A DNA stretch of 63,339 bases, filler included, from Choristocarpus tenellus KU-1152 (lineage: Eukaryota > Protista > Phaeophyceae), in the NCBI GenBank assembly GCA_964200185.2. It is 11 parts of 11 records of this genome, joined end to end, with 100 filler letters (N's around TTAATTAATTAA, not from the genome) between each part and the next. Parts side by side here need not be neighbours in the genome. Positions count along the whole stretch, not along the records: positions 24,943 to 27,647 come from CAXNAD020025468.1; positions 27,748 to 41,989 come from CAXNAD020001249.1; 9 more parts are not named here. One strand, 5' to 3'. Position numbers and translations under genes: made by a program. Shown here one piece after another: positions 25,018-39,600 of this stretch. Below the pieces are notes generated by a model, which worked only from the letters and a program-made list of their open reading frames with translations, did no database searches and was not told where the DNA came from. How positions within the stretch are numbered: the stretch's first letter is position 1; every line of letters starts with the position of its first letter.

Positions 25018-25069
25018 TGGCAACACTGGTGAAATTCGAATTTACGCGTGCAAACACACAAACTTAGCA
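25018..25069 (+). promoter_or_regulatory. Primer-binding site complementary to a tRNA-Ser(GCT)-like 3' half
   Basis: The reverse complement TGCTAA...TGTGTGTTTGCACGC GTAAA TTCGAAT TTCAC CAGTGTT G CCA has exact T-loop/T-stem/acceptor/discriminator/CCA spacing. Confidence 0.65.
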
Positions 25070-25129
25070 TAGCTAGTGATGTACCATGTACTTCTGAAAT
25101 ATTTGTTCGCAATCCCTCTTAACTGAAAC

Positions 25130-27647
25130 GTTTTGATGTGCATCCTGTCCCACCTGATGCAGTAAATCTACGTGCAGCAAATGGTTCACCTTTGCATATC
25201 CGTGGATTTATTCGTTTTGCACTTACACTTGGTGACACCACATTGTCAGTTGAAGCTTTATTGATTCCCCAACTTGGTCCCGATAAAATTCTGCTTGATA
25301 ATAGTGATATGCAGGCCTTCAGTGCAATCCTTGATTGGCAAGAACAACGTCTTTCAATTCACAACAGTTCGTGTACCATTCAAGCAAGACATCACATGAC
25401 AAGGAGCCCCACTCAAGTACGTGACACAAGTACCACTCCTTCGTGTTCTGTGCTGAGTGTGCAACATGATTTTGACTCTGTACCCGTCCGTGTACATAAA
25501 CAGTATATAACATACCACCTGGGCATGAATTCATCGTACGTTGCACAACTGATACTAGTCCGTCGTTGGATACTGTCGTCGTAGTGGAGCCAGTCATACA
25601 CTCCATGCCCGCTGTAGATCAAACCACTGAACCTACACACCCATGGAATCGTATCGTAGCTGCTCGCACCCTCAGTACTTGGTGAGCAAGTAATAGATCA
25701 GTATTGGTTCAAATGGAAAATTCAACAACACGGAAAGTACGTATCAGGAAGCATCTTGTGATAGGTCACTTAACCCCTATTTCAGATCAGGTACCAATCA
25801 CTGTTAGTGCTCTAAATACTGATTCTGCTCCATTCAGTAAAGCTAGAGAGGAGTTGCATCAAGCCTTCACCAAGTCAAACGCATTCAAAGATACCACGTT
25901 CAATCAGTCACAAGTGTCTCAGCTTTTAGACCTCTGTGCTCGTTATAGATCGGCATTTTCGTTGAATGCAGCAGAACTAGGCAGAGAGTGAAAGTATCTT
26001 AGAGGTATGACTTTTCCCCTGTTTGTCCATTATTTGGGGCTTGACTTCCCATGGGTTTTTATGACATTTTCCTACTCCAATATGTTTCGGAGTAGGTAAA
26101 ATATATACGTTATGAAAAGGGGTGTCCAGAATAAGGATATTGACACTTCCTAACAAACACGATAGCCAATATTACATCAAAAGCGCAACATTGGATTTTG
26201 GCCACCAAATGGACGCTGCTCTACCCTCTAAGATACTTTGGCTCAAATGTACCCTAGCTGAAGCAGAAATTCCTCTAGAGCCTGGTACCGAACCTGTTGA
26301 CAGGAACCCTTACAGAGCAAACCCTTGTACTCAACAAGTAATTGACTCATGTGCTAATACTATGGAAGAGCAAGGCATTATTGAAAACTTGCCAGCCCTT
26401 GAGGTAGTCCTGTTACTATTATGGTCAAATCTGATGGCTCCCCACGATTCTGTGTGGACTATAGGTCAACTGTTAACAAGCACCTTGTTCGACAGTCATG
26501 GCCTATGCCTGATATAGAGTCTCATATTGATACTGTTGGGGGTGCAAAATTTATCACCGTTTGTGATGTTCAGAGTGCATATTGGCAAATTCCTGTTGCT
26601 GAGGATGACATTGATAAAACTGCTTTTGTCGCTTCCAGGGGCAAATAAGTTTTTAAGAGGATGCCCTTAGGGATATCAAATGCCCCTTGGTAATTTCAAA
26701 GAATCATGTCCTTAGCCTTTGCCAACTTTGGTGCATTGAGTGGGTTGCTAGTTTACATGGATGATCTGATCGCCTGTTCTCCCACATGGGAAGGACATAT
26801 ACACTTACTAGAACAGCAGTTCAAAGCGTTACAAGCAGCAGGGTTAACTTTGAAACCGTCAAAGATCCAATTTGGACCCAAAGAAGTACGTTACTTGGGT
26901 CACATTTTATCGTCTGAAGGGATTCGTATCGGTGAGGATCGTGTCCGTGCAATCACTGCATTACCCAAACCCACCACCATCAAAGAATTTCGATCTGTCC
27001 TAGGTATGATTAATTTTGTGCGTAAATTCATATCCAACTTAGCCACAGTAATCGAACCGTTAGTTCTTCTCACTAATAAAGGTGTCAATAAGAGAGTGGC
27101 TAAAGAATGGGGATTGGACCAGGATGTGGCATTTCTTAAAGTGAAACAAATACTCACTGCCGCCCCGGTTCTCGTGTTTCCTGACTTTACCGAAGAATTC
27201 ATCATCCATGTTGATGCTAGTGAGAGTGGTGCTGGAGGGTTTTTAGCACAACCTCGATTCGATAATTCTGCAGACCTAGGTATCATTGCATACTTCAGCA
27301 TGAAATTTAATGAAGCTCAACGTCATTATTCAGGTACATTAAGGGAGTGTTATGCAGTCGTCACAGCCATCACGCATTGGCGACCCGTATCTTTGGGGTA
27401 GACACACCTGCATCACAGATCATGCCGCATTGTGTTACTTGTATAGAATGCAGGATACCAATAACATGCTTACTCGTTGGGCTATTGCTCTTCAAGCTTA
27501 TGATGTCACAGTCAAACATAAGCCGGGTAAGCTCAATGTTATACCTGGTACTCTATCTCGTATTTTCAAGTTTGAGGAACAGGAGAAATCCGTTGCTCCA
27601 ATGCTGGCACCAATCTGTCGTAATGTACCTGAAGGTAGTCGTGCATT
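25130..27647 (+). pseudogene. Ty3/Gypsy pol relic (protease C-part, RT, RNase H), with stops, frameshifts and a MITE insertion
   Basis: LRAANGSPL (protease), KSDGSPRFCVDYR, DVQSAYWQIPV, KTAF, YMDD, YLGH, FIIHVDAS, YSGTLREC, TDHAAL, RWAIALQ. Confidence 0.95.
25986..26244 (+). mobile_element. MITE family A full copy inserted in Gypsy pol
   Basis: Both TIRs present; flanks aga/aaa; removing it restores AELG(R/K)CTLAEAEI. Confidence 0.9.
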
Positions 27648-28866
27648 NNNNNNNNNNNNNNNNNNNNNNNNNNNNNNNNNNNNNNNNNNNNTTAATTAAT
27701 TAANNNNNNNNNNNNNNNNNNNNNNNNNNNNNNNNNNNNNNNNNNNNCAGGCCAGTAGGTGTATGGGGTGGAAGAGAGGATAGGTGAAGCGGGGAGGGCA
27801 GTACTGGGGGTCTTTGGGTCAGTAGGTGGCGGGGTTGGGAGACACGGGGAGAAGTTCAAGTAGTACAAGGCGTCCAAGCTCCGGAATGCGTGTCTTGCCA
27901 TTGTTATATTCAGTAGGTGTGGGTGTGAGTAGTCGCTGTAGTCCAGCCAGTAGTCGCCATAGCACAGGTGGAGTACAAATAACGACTAAAACCAGGTACC
28001 AGCAGGACAGTGAAGGACAAGGGGGCAGGTGGTGATGTGTTTTGCTGCAACAGTCTAGTGAAGCTGGCTTGCCAATCTGTAGTGAGATGGAGGTTCACTA
28101 TGCCGGGGCAGTGATGGGATGGGCAGGGCAAAGGGTGCGATAAGGGGTGGTGGGTGGTGTGAATAAAGGGAGGGATTGGCAATGGGGGCTGTGCAGCAAG
28201 GATCAGATATGATTGAGGTGAGGTCGGTTGTGGGTGTGTCTTGTACTAGGGGTGTATGGTTGATCGTGATTGGAGGTAGGTGGGGTGGAGTTGGTGGGTG
28301 AGTGATGGACTGGCGGTGAAGGTGTTGATGTTGAGCTCGGCATTCTCGAGATCCGTGCGCGAGAGTGTCATGTGGTGGGAACACTAAGCGTCAGGGAGTG
28401 TGGCAGGGGCGTGGAATGGTGGTGGGGTGGGGGCATTGGATGGTGGTGAAGTGGGGACAGAAGGACGGTTGGGGCACTGGCACAGGTGGTGACTGACCAG
28501 GTTGGTGACAGTGGCGGCAGTGGTGAGTTCGAGCAGTGGGAGCAAGGGTGGTAGGTCCCCAACTAAGCTTCTAGCCTTGTAGAGGCGTGTGAGTCACTGG
28601 TCGGGAAATTCACCAGCTTCCATTGTACAATACTCGAAAACAGTTTATCTGTAGGAGTTACTGTTCTCAATGACCAACTGTGCCTTCGTTGAAACCTGAG
28701 TTCGTATGTGTCGTGCTTTGTTGTGCTGTGGCTACCTTTTGGTGAAGGGTGTCACAGTGCAATAAACCACCAGTGAATTTTTTCTGGTAGATCTGACGAT
28801 ATGTTTTGCTCAATCAAATGATGGTGATGTGAAAGTGGGGTCGTTCATTCAGACGATCAAATGAAG

Positions 28867-29341
28867 AAATGCATGCTCTGTGGAGAGGCTTGTCACGTTG
28901 ACTGAGAAGGGTTCCTGAGGATGTTTTAACTCTGATTATATTCCTTCCCGGTCTATATCAGGTAGACCGAGTGCAGAGTGAGCATGATGTATTATGAAGC
29001 AGCAATGCCAGCTAAGAAAAATAATAAAGACATGGTGCACAACTGAAGACTTCTGATGTGAAGAAGAGAGAAAAAAGGAACAAAGAAGAAACAAGGAGAA
29101 GAATTGAACCATTATCTGACGGATCTCATGTGACACGTATTATACCTCTATGTGTGATAGGTATCAACTTTTCTTATACTTCCTATGTACTGTGCTGTTC
29201 TAAAAGGGTTGACGATGTTGTGATGATGAGTTAGTGATGAGAGTGGAAGTAACGATCGGTACAATGGACAAATCAACATTCAGTATGAACTGGTGATACT
29301 GTATCGTATCACGAACAAATCGAACGAGTAGCCTATGTTTT
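28867..29341. repeat. Dispersed repeat, homologous to 7412-7870
   Basis: Colinear shared blocks (see 7412-7870). Confidence 0.75.
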
Positions 29342-29896
29342 AACAGCCTTTACCCCTCAATATTTACTGTGAAAGGAGACTCATGGACTCAAAAGCTGTC
29401 GGGAGATATTAATGCAGCTGTAGGTGCAAGATTTAGAGTATTGGCTTGTAGGAGAGCAGTCAGCAATGTATAAACATGAAGGTCCACGTGCTTTCAAGTG
29501 TGAAGTACTAAAGGTAGAAGGTGTACAGACGAGAGTCAATTTGTGGTAGGTCGGTGCATGTAGGTATGGTCCAGCTACCTCTTTTCTCGTGAGGATTGTG
29601 TTTTTAGGGGCTGGTTCTGGAGTGATGGGATTCTGGTTGGTATTTCTAGGTGGAGTACTCAATGTGCCCTCAGAAGAGAGGTTGGATAACTATATACTCT
29701 CGCACCTGAGGTGTCTCAACAATCCATTGAATATTGCAAGATGAAGTGTATTATATTGTCTGTGTGTGTTGTATGATATTCAAAGCAATGTACTAGTACT
29801 CGTGTGTTGTATCAATACAGATCCATGGCAGGATAGAAGTTGTTCCTTCTTGATCACGGTTGAAAGCTTCATCATCCTGTTGGAAGTTGTCACAAA

Positions 29897-30154
29897 CAGT
29901 GAAAGTATCTTAGAGGGTACGATTTTTTCCCTGTTTGTCCATTTGGGGCTTGGCCTCCCACGGGTTTTTTATGGTGTTTTACCTGCTCCAAAACACTTTG
30001 GAGTAGGTAAAATGTTTACTTTTGAAAACTTGTCCCTGGAACATGGATATTGATACTTCCTAACAAAATCGATAGCCAGAATTACATCAAAATTGCAACA
30101 TTGGATTTTGCCCCCCAAATGGACACGGCTCTACCCTCTAAGATACTATGACTC
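29897..30154 (+). mobile_element. MITE family A full copy, AAA TSD
   Basis: cagtgaaagtatcttagagggta ... taccctctaagatactatgactc, flanked by aaa/aaa. Confidence 0.9.
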
Positions 30155-30683
30155 AAAGATATTGGACAAGATATGCGATTGACCGTGAATGAAGCTCACT
30201 CTTGAGCATTTACAGCATCACCATGGGATAACCCTTGGAGAATATATGAGGTAATCATCTTATTATGTTAATTCACTTTCTCTTGGTTGTCAACAGTGTC
30301 ATAATAGTCCGCATACCTTTCCCTAACAAGTATATTCATCTAGATGCAGAGCATAAAAAATTGAGCCCCATTGGTATATTAAAAACCACCTCTGACACTA
30401 CTACAATGATCCCGACTAGTACAAGAATTCTCTACAAAAATATACATAATTCAATCCAGGCCAGGCAAACCGTCATAATACTGCAGCACGGCTAGTATCA
30501 GTACCATTGACACAATATAGCTAAAATTACTATACAATCTAAGTGTGTATTACAAAATTGTACATTTTTAAACCTAATGACTTTAAACAAGCCGCCCAAA
30601 AACAGGTTGGATGTGTTGTGTGTAGCAGCCAATTATATACCATGAGTGATACCTTCCTCTCGCCCACAATCAACAACCGTCCC

Positions 30684-33600
30684 TCAGATCTGTTCCTCAG
30701 ACAATACAACCCATTCACTCTCCACATCACCCATTGCACCCCCCTGCTCATTTCCGGTTGCACCCTCTCCTACAACAGGTGCCAGTGGTACCTCTGGAGG
30801 TGCCACAGGAACTTCCACCAAGGGTGTCGATGGAGGTTGTGGCGGAGATGTCGGCTCCTCGATCCTAAGGCAGTCCCATCAACAGAAAGTAGATGGGAAT
30901 GATCACATGCGACAGCAGAGTAAGAAAAACGAGCGTTTGTAAATGGCAAGCTATGACTCTGCTTCCGGAATCGGAATCGGCAAGTTCAATGAGAATAGAT
31001 AGCATAGTCTCGTAAAAGAAATTGTACTACTATACCAGAATTTGCTTATCAATATGTGGGATTGTCATGTTATTAAAAGTACGTCAACGAAATATGAGAG
31101 CTCCTATTGTGTCCTAGAATGAAATCTGGTGATGCAGCTACTCTTCCTGACTAGCACTCTACGAATGAGGGAAGAACCCCAGGAGTCTGTCACACCTCAC
31201 CTTGCCCGATAGTTATCATTGCATCCATTGACAGATCAAAATGGTACTCTGAATTCTGATACTTGAGAAAACCTCCACTCTTGCTTAGATATCTCTATCT
31301 TACAGTTTAGGTTCATTTCCACTATTGTACTGAGGGACTCCAAAAGGTAGTCATACATGTGGTGGATTGTCACCCCCAACTTCTTATCCTTATCTTCCCA
31401 ATATTGAGCATGCCAACAACTGACTGCTGGATAGAAAGGTCTTCATTGTTAGCAATACAGAATCTGTTCATGTGTTCGTTGTGTTCTTTCTCTCTCCTGA
31501 TATCTGCAAAACTACGGTGGGTTTGGAAACATTTACAATGCAGCACAAATGCAGTTACTCATCCGGTGTGCTATATATCATACATCATATACAGCACTAA
31601 GGGAACACAACAAGTTAGACCTTGTTTTGTGCTTCGAACATCCCCACATCATACAAAGTCAACGATTAAACACACCTTCCCAGTGTCTCCAGAGTCAGCA
31701 TGCTCAGGAGTTGAGGGATTTTGCTGAGGTCAGGCCGTGCGCCATCAAGACGGAACTGACGACAGCCGATGCCCTTGGTGCGAAGAGATGACCTCATTTT
31801 TCCCAGATATGACGGTGGGCCACGGAGGAATGACACTAGGAACACCTGGATGGATGGATAGTTTCAATTTCCATGACGGATTTGAGTAGTAGACTAAGTT
31901 TCGAAGTAGAACATTTATTATAGAGAGTTTTTTTTTCAGCATGCCTGACAGGACCCTAATAATGAAGACTCTGCGTGGCTCGCCACCACAAATGCTGAAG
32001 TATTTGTATGTATTACCAGCTCCTACACACAATACATGATCTCACCTTGGCCTTCGGGTTAACACTCTCACGGTAGAGTGCGAACATTTCAGCGAACATC
32101 ATACTCTGCAGAAAGAAGATTTTACAAGGGAGAGGAGGGGGGGGTTGTTAGGGAGGGTGAGGGTTAAACAATGGGCAGAAACTCTTATCAACATATTCAT
32201 GTACTTTTAGTATTTCACGCAATCTGTTTCAATCAGGGACAAACAAAGTATTGTATTTATTCAAACAATAGCTATCCTCAATCACGACGTTATACTTGGA
32301 ACTCCTACATAAAAATATTTTGATGAAGCATATGATAGGACTTACGGACATGAAGAACACCTCACTCAGTGTTGCAGAACACTCTGCAATTTGCTTTTAG
32401 TAGAGTGTTTGGACTCTACACAAAAGTATCATTCCTTCCTGATTGTATTTTGATAAATTCCCAAAAACATATTGCAACACTATTGTTTTCAAGATGACGT
32501 TGTGCAGTCTTCCAGTTTATGTTTATGCCATATCTTACTGGTGTTTTGTGCTTGTGAGTTGTGGGCATTAGGAAGAACCTGTCAGAAATCACAAGCAAAA
32601 AAAATACTTGAATATACTATTTTAATTCTTGGAATGGGTGACTGTCATTTGTGTAGGAGCAAACATGGATATTGATTTCACCGCTCATTATGTAGGTTAC
32701 CTTCAGAATTGAATGGTCCTTCCTCACATCCACAACAAAAAAAGAAAAAAGCACACCCCCTTAAGACATGAATGGTTGTTCTAGGCTATCCGTAAAATGT
32801 CAATTAATAAATAATATCCTCACCATCCACACCACAACCATCCAATCAGTCAGAATTTTCCGATATTTGAATTCCCACAGATATCAAACTGTTACTTCCA
32901 CCCAAACTACTACTTATTAAGTACTTTGCGATTCAAAGTCAGATAGAAGTATGATATTTCGGTGTCTTGAAACACTAATTGATATATTTCATGCCCACTT
33001 CTCCAGGCATATCAAAAGGCGAATCAAAAGGTAGGTTGGACGAACACCCTATGTAAGTCAGCCAGTAGGACAAACAGAAATGGCGCACCGTATCACATAC
33101 AGTACGTTGAGTCAAATCGCAACAATTATTGGTCAAATGACTCAGTGTAACATGTGCCTGAGGGTGTGTTTCATCACATTAATAGACTTCCTATTACCAT
33201 ACTGTCATTCAGGGCTTGTCAAAGCATACCCTGTCGGCCGTTTGGCACCAGCTTCATATCACGCAAGCTTTCCACAATCAGCAGTGACACACCCACCAAA
33301 ATCTAAACCTTGATATTTCCCACACATTACACACCACTAGCAGTTACAGCGATTTTGCTGAGTATCGAAATGTAAAAAGCATTTTCCTACCTACCTCACT
33401 TCCTTCTCTCCTTCACACTCTGCACAAATCCCACTACTATCGTCAGTCGCAGAATGTAAGGATGTATTGGGTAAGGTATATACTGGTCACGACACCAGTG
33501 CAACCAACTCAGTTTGACATACAGCATCAATATAGGGTACGCATGGTATTGCAACATCGATTCATTGCAGCCTGCCAGTATGGTGAGCACCAAGGAGTAC

Positions 33601-36600
33601 ACTTCTAGCTCCATATTCAACTACCTTGGCCTCGACCCATCTCCCTCATCCAGCAGAGGGTCAGAGTTTTGGAACACAAGCTGGTAGGGCATACAAAATC
33701 CAATGGCATTGATCTCTGTTGACTTACCTGGTGGGGGGTGTTTTCATCCTCGTCGCTCACACACACAAATAGATCCACAGGCTGCCATGTAGAATAGTAT
33801 CGCCAAAGCGCTGCAGCAGGGGAGGTACACCCTGAAGCCCGAACAGCCCTGTGGGGAGAACTTATTGTTAGAGCTGTATCTTGGCAGAGCACAAAGGGGA
33901 AATGGCACCCTTCCTATTCTCACTCACACAATGGTACTGTGTTTGCCCATCTGCAAATATCGACTCAACCATCCAAAATACGTCCATCATTCGCACACCA
34001 ACACCCCACAAGTGATTTGTAAGGCAAGAGCTCATCCCCACAAAATTATACGCACACACCTGGTTACTTCTAAGACCTCCTCGGCACTGCTAGGGATGCA
34101 GGGAGGGTCAAAAACTTCTCCGTTGAAGAAGCAAAGGTCTGCCTTGAGGCACACAGACAGCAAGCTGGCGATGATTGTGGCTGTTTCAATGGCAACCCCC
34201 ACTGTTACGATAGGATGTTGCATCATGTCATGCAGCATTGAACAACATTCCGAGGTGTGGTCAATACATGATCCATCCACATACAGCATACATGGAGTCA
34301 AACATGGAAGGAGCAGTGTTGCAAAGGAAGTGGGTCATATGAGGATAGAAAAAACATTAGTGCAAATGTGTTCTAGGCTTGAATGTGCTCATTGTGAACC
34401 CCTAGGTATTTCGCAAGGAGGACATTGCGAGTATGGCAAGGATACTAGCAGGGGAAGTTTTGGTGTAATTTGATGGTGAATCCTTTCAACGAGAGTACCT
34501 TGAAGTACAGTCGCGTCATGTCTTCTGAGGATGCCATAGCAATCAAAACGTCTGTTGCAACACAGTAAGTGTATGGAAAACAATCTACATGTCGTTATTA
34601 CAATCATATATAGTTGTGTGTGTGAACTAGAAGTTAAATAGACAAAAGGGAAGGGTCTACATAAACGTTGAAACGACACTCACTTGAGGATGAAGCATCC
34701 CCAAGAACTGCAACCCTACTGTCAGCGCTGACCTTGACCAAGCGAAGACGTTCTTCTGTGTATTTCTGCCAAGCACAGATGAATGGTAGAAGCAGGGAGT
34801 GCAAGATTGTTGAAAAGATTCCAAATATATGGGGTTTATTGCTGTTTTGACATTGATCACCAAGACTAAATGTACACAGACCTTGGGTCTATAGTTTAGT
34901 GCTGGTGTTCGTGCTGTGCTAGGTTCGTTATGACATAATATCCGAGGATATTTTCCACAATCTTTGAGCTCTCTGGACCTACTGATTCAAAATTGGTACT
35001 TGCCAATACTCTTGAGTGCTTCGAAATGTGTAGGCACAAATGGAGAGCCGTCAGCACAAATATGAGTATAGCAGCAGCACCTGCACCTTACCTAAACCCA
35101 TCACATCAGACTCACCACCTGAAACCTGAACTCTATAATCTAGTTTTTCTCAATCCAAGAATACCTGAGTCTAATCTAACACCCTATATTTACTCTGAGG
35201 GGTGTCGACTGCATGATACACACTGCTTCAATTCAATAAAATGGTATATCCATAGCAAGCCTTCGAGCTACAGCAAAGTAGACTGGTGCTGCTTGCAAGA
35301 GAAACAACAATACATGTAGGTAGTGCTCTGGGAAACTGACAGAAAAAAATCGGAAACACTGCCACTTTGTATTGTCCACTTCACAGGGCATTGTCTGTTC
35401 ATGTTTTGTTCTTGTGAGAGTTGGTTCAAAACATATGCTCTGATCGAACTAGCTAGGAACCTTGAAACCCAATCTTGCCATTTCTCTGTTGCACATCCAG
35501 GTGTTGTCTCTCACCAATAGTCGTGGAGCAAATTTGAGGTGCATCTTTCGGAAAAGCAGGAGACGCTCCATCAGCTTTGCATAGCTAGATCTGTAGTGTT
35601 AGTCAAAAGCGATGTTGGAAGAGGGGTGTACATGTTAGGAAGCGAGACAATGTTAAGACATCATCATGGCTGAAAATTGATTCATGTGTCTGATACCAAG
35701 AGAAGAACATACCAGTATGCTTGTAGTCCTGATAGACACATAATACAACTCACAAGGGTTGAAACACAGGCAAAGCTACTGACAGTGTGTTGTTGAATTG
35801 GAGATAACGCACAATTAACACCACTCAGAGCAAGTGCATGCATCTATGCACTAACCAAAAAATACACAAGCTGGTCGAATGAATGCACTCACTAGAGTGG
35901 TATTTCCCACAGGGCAAACTAAACTAAGAGGTGGTCACCTTTGGGATCGGGGTCTTTGTGATGATTGGACCCTAAAATTCTTTGAACTATCACAATCCGC
36001 CAACCACACCTTATCATGATACCAAACCTACATGTCTCCTACCCCCCTCGAACCACTGAATCTACACTTAACCCGCCAGACAGAAGGCTATTCAAAAGTT
36101 TCGGTACTGGCATGGTCTTAATCATATTCCTCGTGACACGTAGGATCTGTTTGATCTCATAAAAGGTCACAATCCGTCAACCGCAGCCCTCTTGCAGTGT
36201 CAGACTCAATAACAAGTCTCTATTATCGCTCTGCTAATGCCAATGCACCAATAAAACTGGCAAGTGTTGTTGTGCAGGGCTTTATATCAGCAATTTCCAA
36301 AATGTTCAAGCAACCTCTTGAGCGGCCCTCGTCAAGAGTCTAGCACACTATATCAAGAACCAATGTTTGAGGCGCTCTGTTGGGTGGGCTATGTTCCTTA
36401 ACACGAAGGTGGTATCTTCCAGATCTTCTAGGCGATCTACATGGTTCTATTCATCTAAGTTACACGTATACTAAATGAGTTACGTCTTTTCTAGGGTGTG
36501 TAGGGACATTCGTTCTCACACATATCACCTCTAGAAATAGATCTGTGAACTCTCTGAAGTGAGACTTCCACCTCAGATATCGTTTTCACTTATCTGTATA

Positions 36601-39600
36601 GTTACTCTCTAAAATTGTGCTAAAAAACACATCACAAGCTTGCATCATCACCTAGATCGACCCGCAGTCTCTATGGCATCACCACGAGCCAAGCGCCTGT
36701 CAACCTCATCTTCAGCTCCACTGCACATCAGCTCCTCGTAAAACCAAAGGACATCCTGATCATTGTTTTGGGTGCAGAGGTAATCAGCACAATAGAAAGA
36801 AATCCTCAAGACAAAATCGTAAGGATGACTGACAATAATTAATGGTATATCACAGTAGTAGTGAAGAATGTTTCCTGAGAGACAATACATTTTGTGATAC
36901 AGAGATGGAGATAATAACATGCTCTACTGACTGCAGTACTATTTGTTGACCCAGGCTAGGCAGATGATTACCGGGCAGGAGAGGGGTAAGGGATAAAGAA
37001 TGGATCAAACTATGAGATGATTTGGAGAAAAAGAGGTACTTCGAAATAATTAGCGCTGCTGCTGAACAGAGTATGGGACGCAATGAACAGTAGTAGTAGT
37101 ACAAGTACAGTACATTGAGATTATATTGATGTCAGGGTGGATAGCACAATACTCATTCAGCTACAGGCATGTAGGGAGATTCAAAGTGATTTCAAGGTGC
37201 TCATTTTCAATATTAATTCATAGGCAGTAGTCGAAAGGCAAGAAGAATTTTACGAAGGGGGAAGGAAGTAGAGCCTCAACATCTAATCACTTTGTCAGAC
37301 CATCATCCAATCTCATAACAACCTTACTTCGTTCTCCAAAATAGGAACCTAGAATAACTCCAAGAATCACGAACAATGTATACCTGTCCTGAATGTGACC
37401 TTGATTTCTGGTTTGTTTTAGCACAAAAAGGCGATTGTCAATATTGTCAGGGTGAGGATAGTGCAGAGGGTTCATGTCACCTCAAGGGGGGCTGTCCGCA
37501 CAAGGGCTAGTTTCACGTCATCCTGCAAGTTGCCCTTGAAGCGAGAGCTTGAGTCGAAAGGAAGGAGAAAAGAGGTAGAGGAAGGGGATGTTGGTTGGTG
37601 TTGCACTTGATTGAGTTGTTTGGTGTGTGGTTGAGATGTTGACTTTTGAATGCTCTTGTGCCTGCAAGGTAAGAATCTAACCATTATTTGAACACAACAG
37701 CATTCTTTGCATTGTACCGTAGGTAGGAGTAGCATGAGGCCAGGTTTGGGAAATCCTCCAGAAGTCCTTTAACATCCTCAGCATTGGCAGCAAACACACG
37801 GGCCACAATCGAGTCTGCAGGTGGGTCTTTACCCATCATAAATGAGAGGAAGTAGGGCACCTGAAAGATAAAGTTGACACAGAGTCAATAGTAAAAAAAA
37901 GAGTGGGAGCAGATAAATCAATTGTTGCCGAATGATGTAGAAGATTTTATGTTTTCAAACAGGGAAATCCTAAAGCGACTTCCCACAGAATAGGCAACCA
38001 TGGATGAAATGGGCTGGTCCTCCAAAAAGGAGAGACAAGGAAAGACATTACTCCTAGGCAAACAATACTTTGAAGTGTATAATTTCTTCAAACAACGCAT
38101 GAGAGTATACCTCGGTTGTCTGTAACAATGAAGTGTTACAACACAGGGTTGCTGCACCACAAGTGCATTGCTACGGGTGCAAAAATGCGTGTTGGCCTAG
38201 AATGAGGCGTGATCTAGTTTTCCTTTTCCCTTCACCTTCACCACAAACGGGAACTTGATATGAGGTTGAGTAGAGATGTGGGGGTGGAGTTTCAGTGTCC
38301 ACAACATCAGATTAGGTGTGTTGAATTACAAAGACTGTCAGCAAAACAAAGAGCCCATACCTGATATACTGAGCAATCGTGATCATGAAACAGAAAGTCA
38401 AATAGGTAATAGAAAAGCACAAGATGTTTAACAGGGTGTAAAACAAGGAATATGCAGCACTCAAAGCCTCTAAGTGTTGGATTCATGCTTGATCCTTACC
38501 TTGAACCCATCAGGAGAGCAATGGACGAGGTCAGCAATTTCTTGCCATGGCTGGCGAGGGAAGTTTAGCATGTAAAACTCAAGTTTTACAGCAGGAATGT
38601 CAGCCAGGAGCCTGCATTTTGAAGAATTGCATGATCAGCAATGGACATAGAGATAGTCTTAGGGGGAAAGAGAAAAAAAGCCGAGAAATTGTAATTTCAC
38701 CGAGGTGAACACCACGGCACAACTAGAAACTAGTCTAGAGCACTACAAAGCAAAGAAATGCAGTCCAGGTCATGATAGATTCTTGTCCAAGTAGGCTGGA
38801 GCAGGACTGAACTTTCTGTATAGTCTGGGCAATATGGTACCATATTCACTTGACATGCTTGTGATGAAGCAAGATCCTGCACCCAGAAACTTCTCACCTC
38901 CTCACCCGCTTGGACAATGAGCCAGTCACACCTCCCTTGCTTAGAGCCTCCTGCTCAAGGGAAGTGATCTGCCGACAGATAACATGGTGGTGGTTGAAGA
39001 AACCGTTAAGTGAGCCTTGCAAAAAAACTCGAAGGATTAAGTCTAATGAAACACGACAGGTGTGGAGTACTTAATATGCTTGTGCACGATACCTTGGGAT
39101 ATCCATTCCTTCACATTCCCTTCAAGCGGTAATTTTGTTAGAGAGCTCAAGTACGGGCTTCTTTGTTCAACCACTGTAATCGGTTAGTCTTCAGAGTAAA
39201 ATAGAGAAGTGCCTGCAACTGTTGTATCACAACTCAGGAACGTAGAAAATAAATTAATAAAACACAGGGAAAACAATATTTTCAATGGCCAATAATTCTA
39301 GATGACATAACAAAGTACTTGACACGGTACCATGCCACTTGCTTGACAACACAGTATCAGAGAACTCATTGCTTGCATGAGAATTCCTGCAATGAGCTCC
39401 TAAGATAGGCGACAAACAAGTGACTCGCAATATATTGTACTGTTTAAATATAGTAATGGTTTTTTGTTGGACAAATACTTTCTTCCGCCTTAGGAACTAG
39501 CAAGGGAAGTAAGTACAAGAGATAGAAGGCCTACATGTGAGCTGAGTTAGCAGCTTTAGAAGGAAGAGGACCCTGGATCTTGCTGCAAGGAGCAATGAGG

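Noticed and set aside
33865-34473. 202-aa plus-strand ORF
   Set aside because: Antisense to an exon of the vWA gene; no motif.
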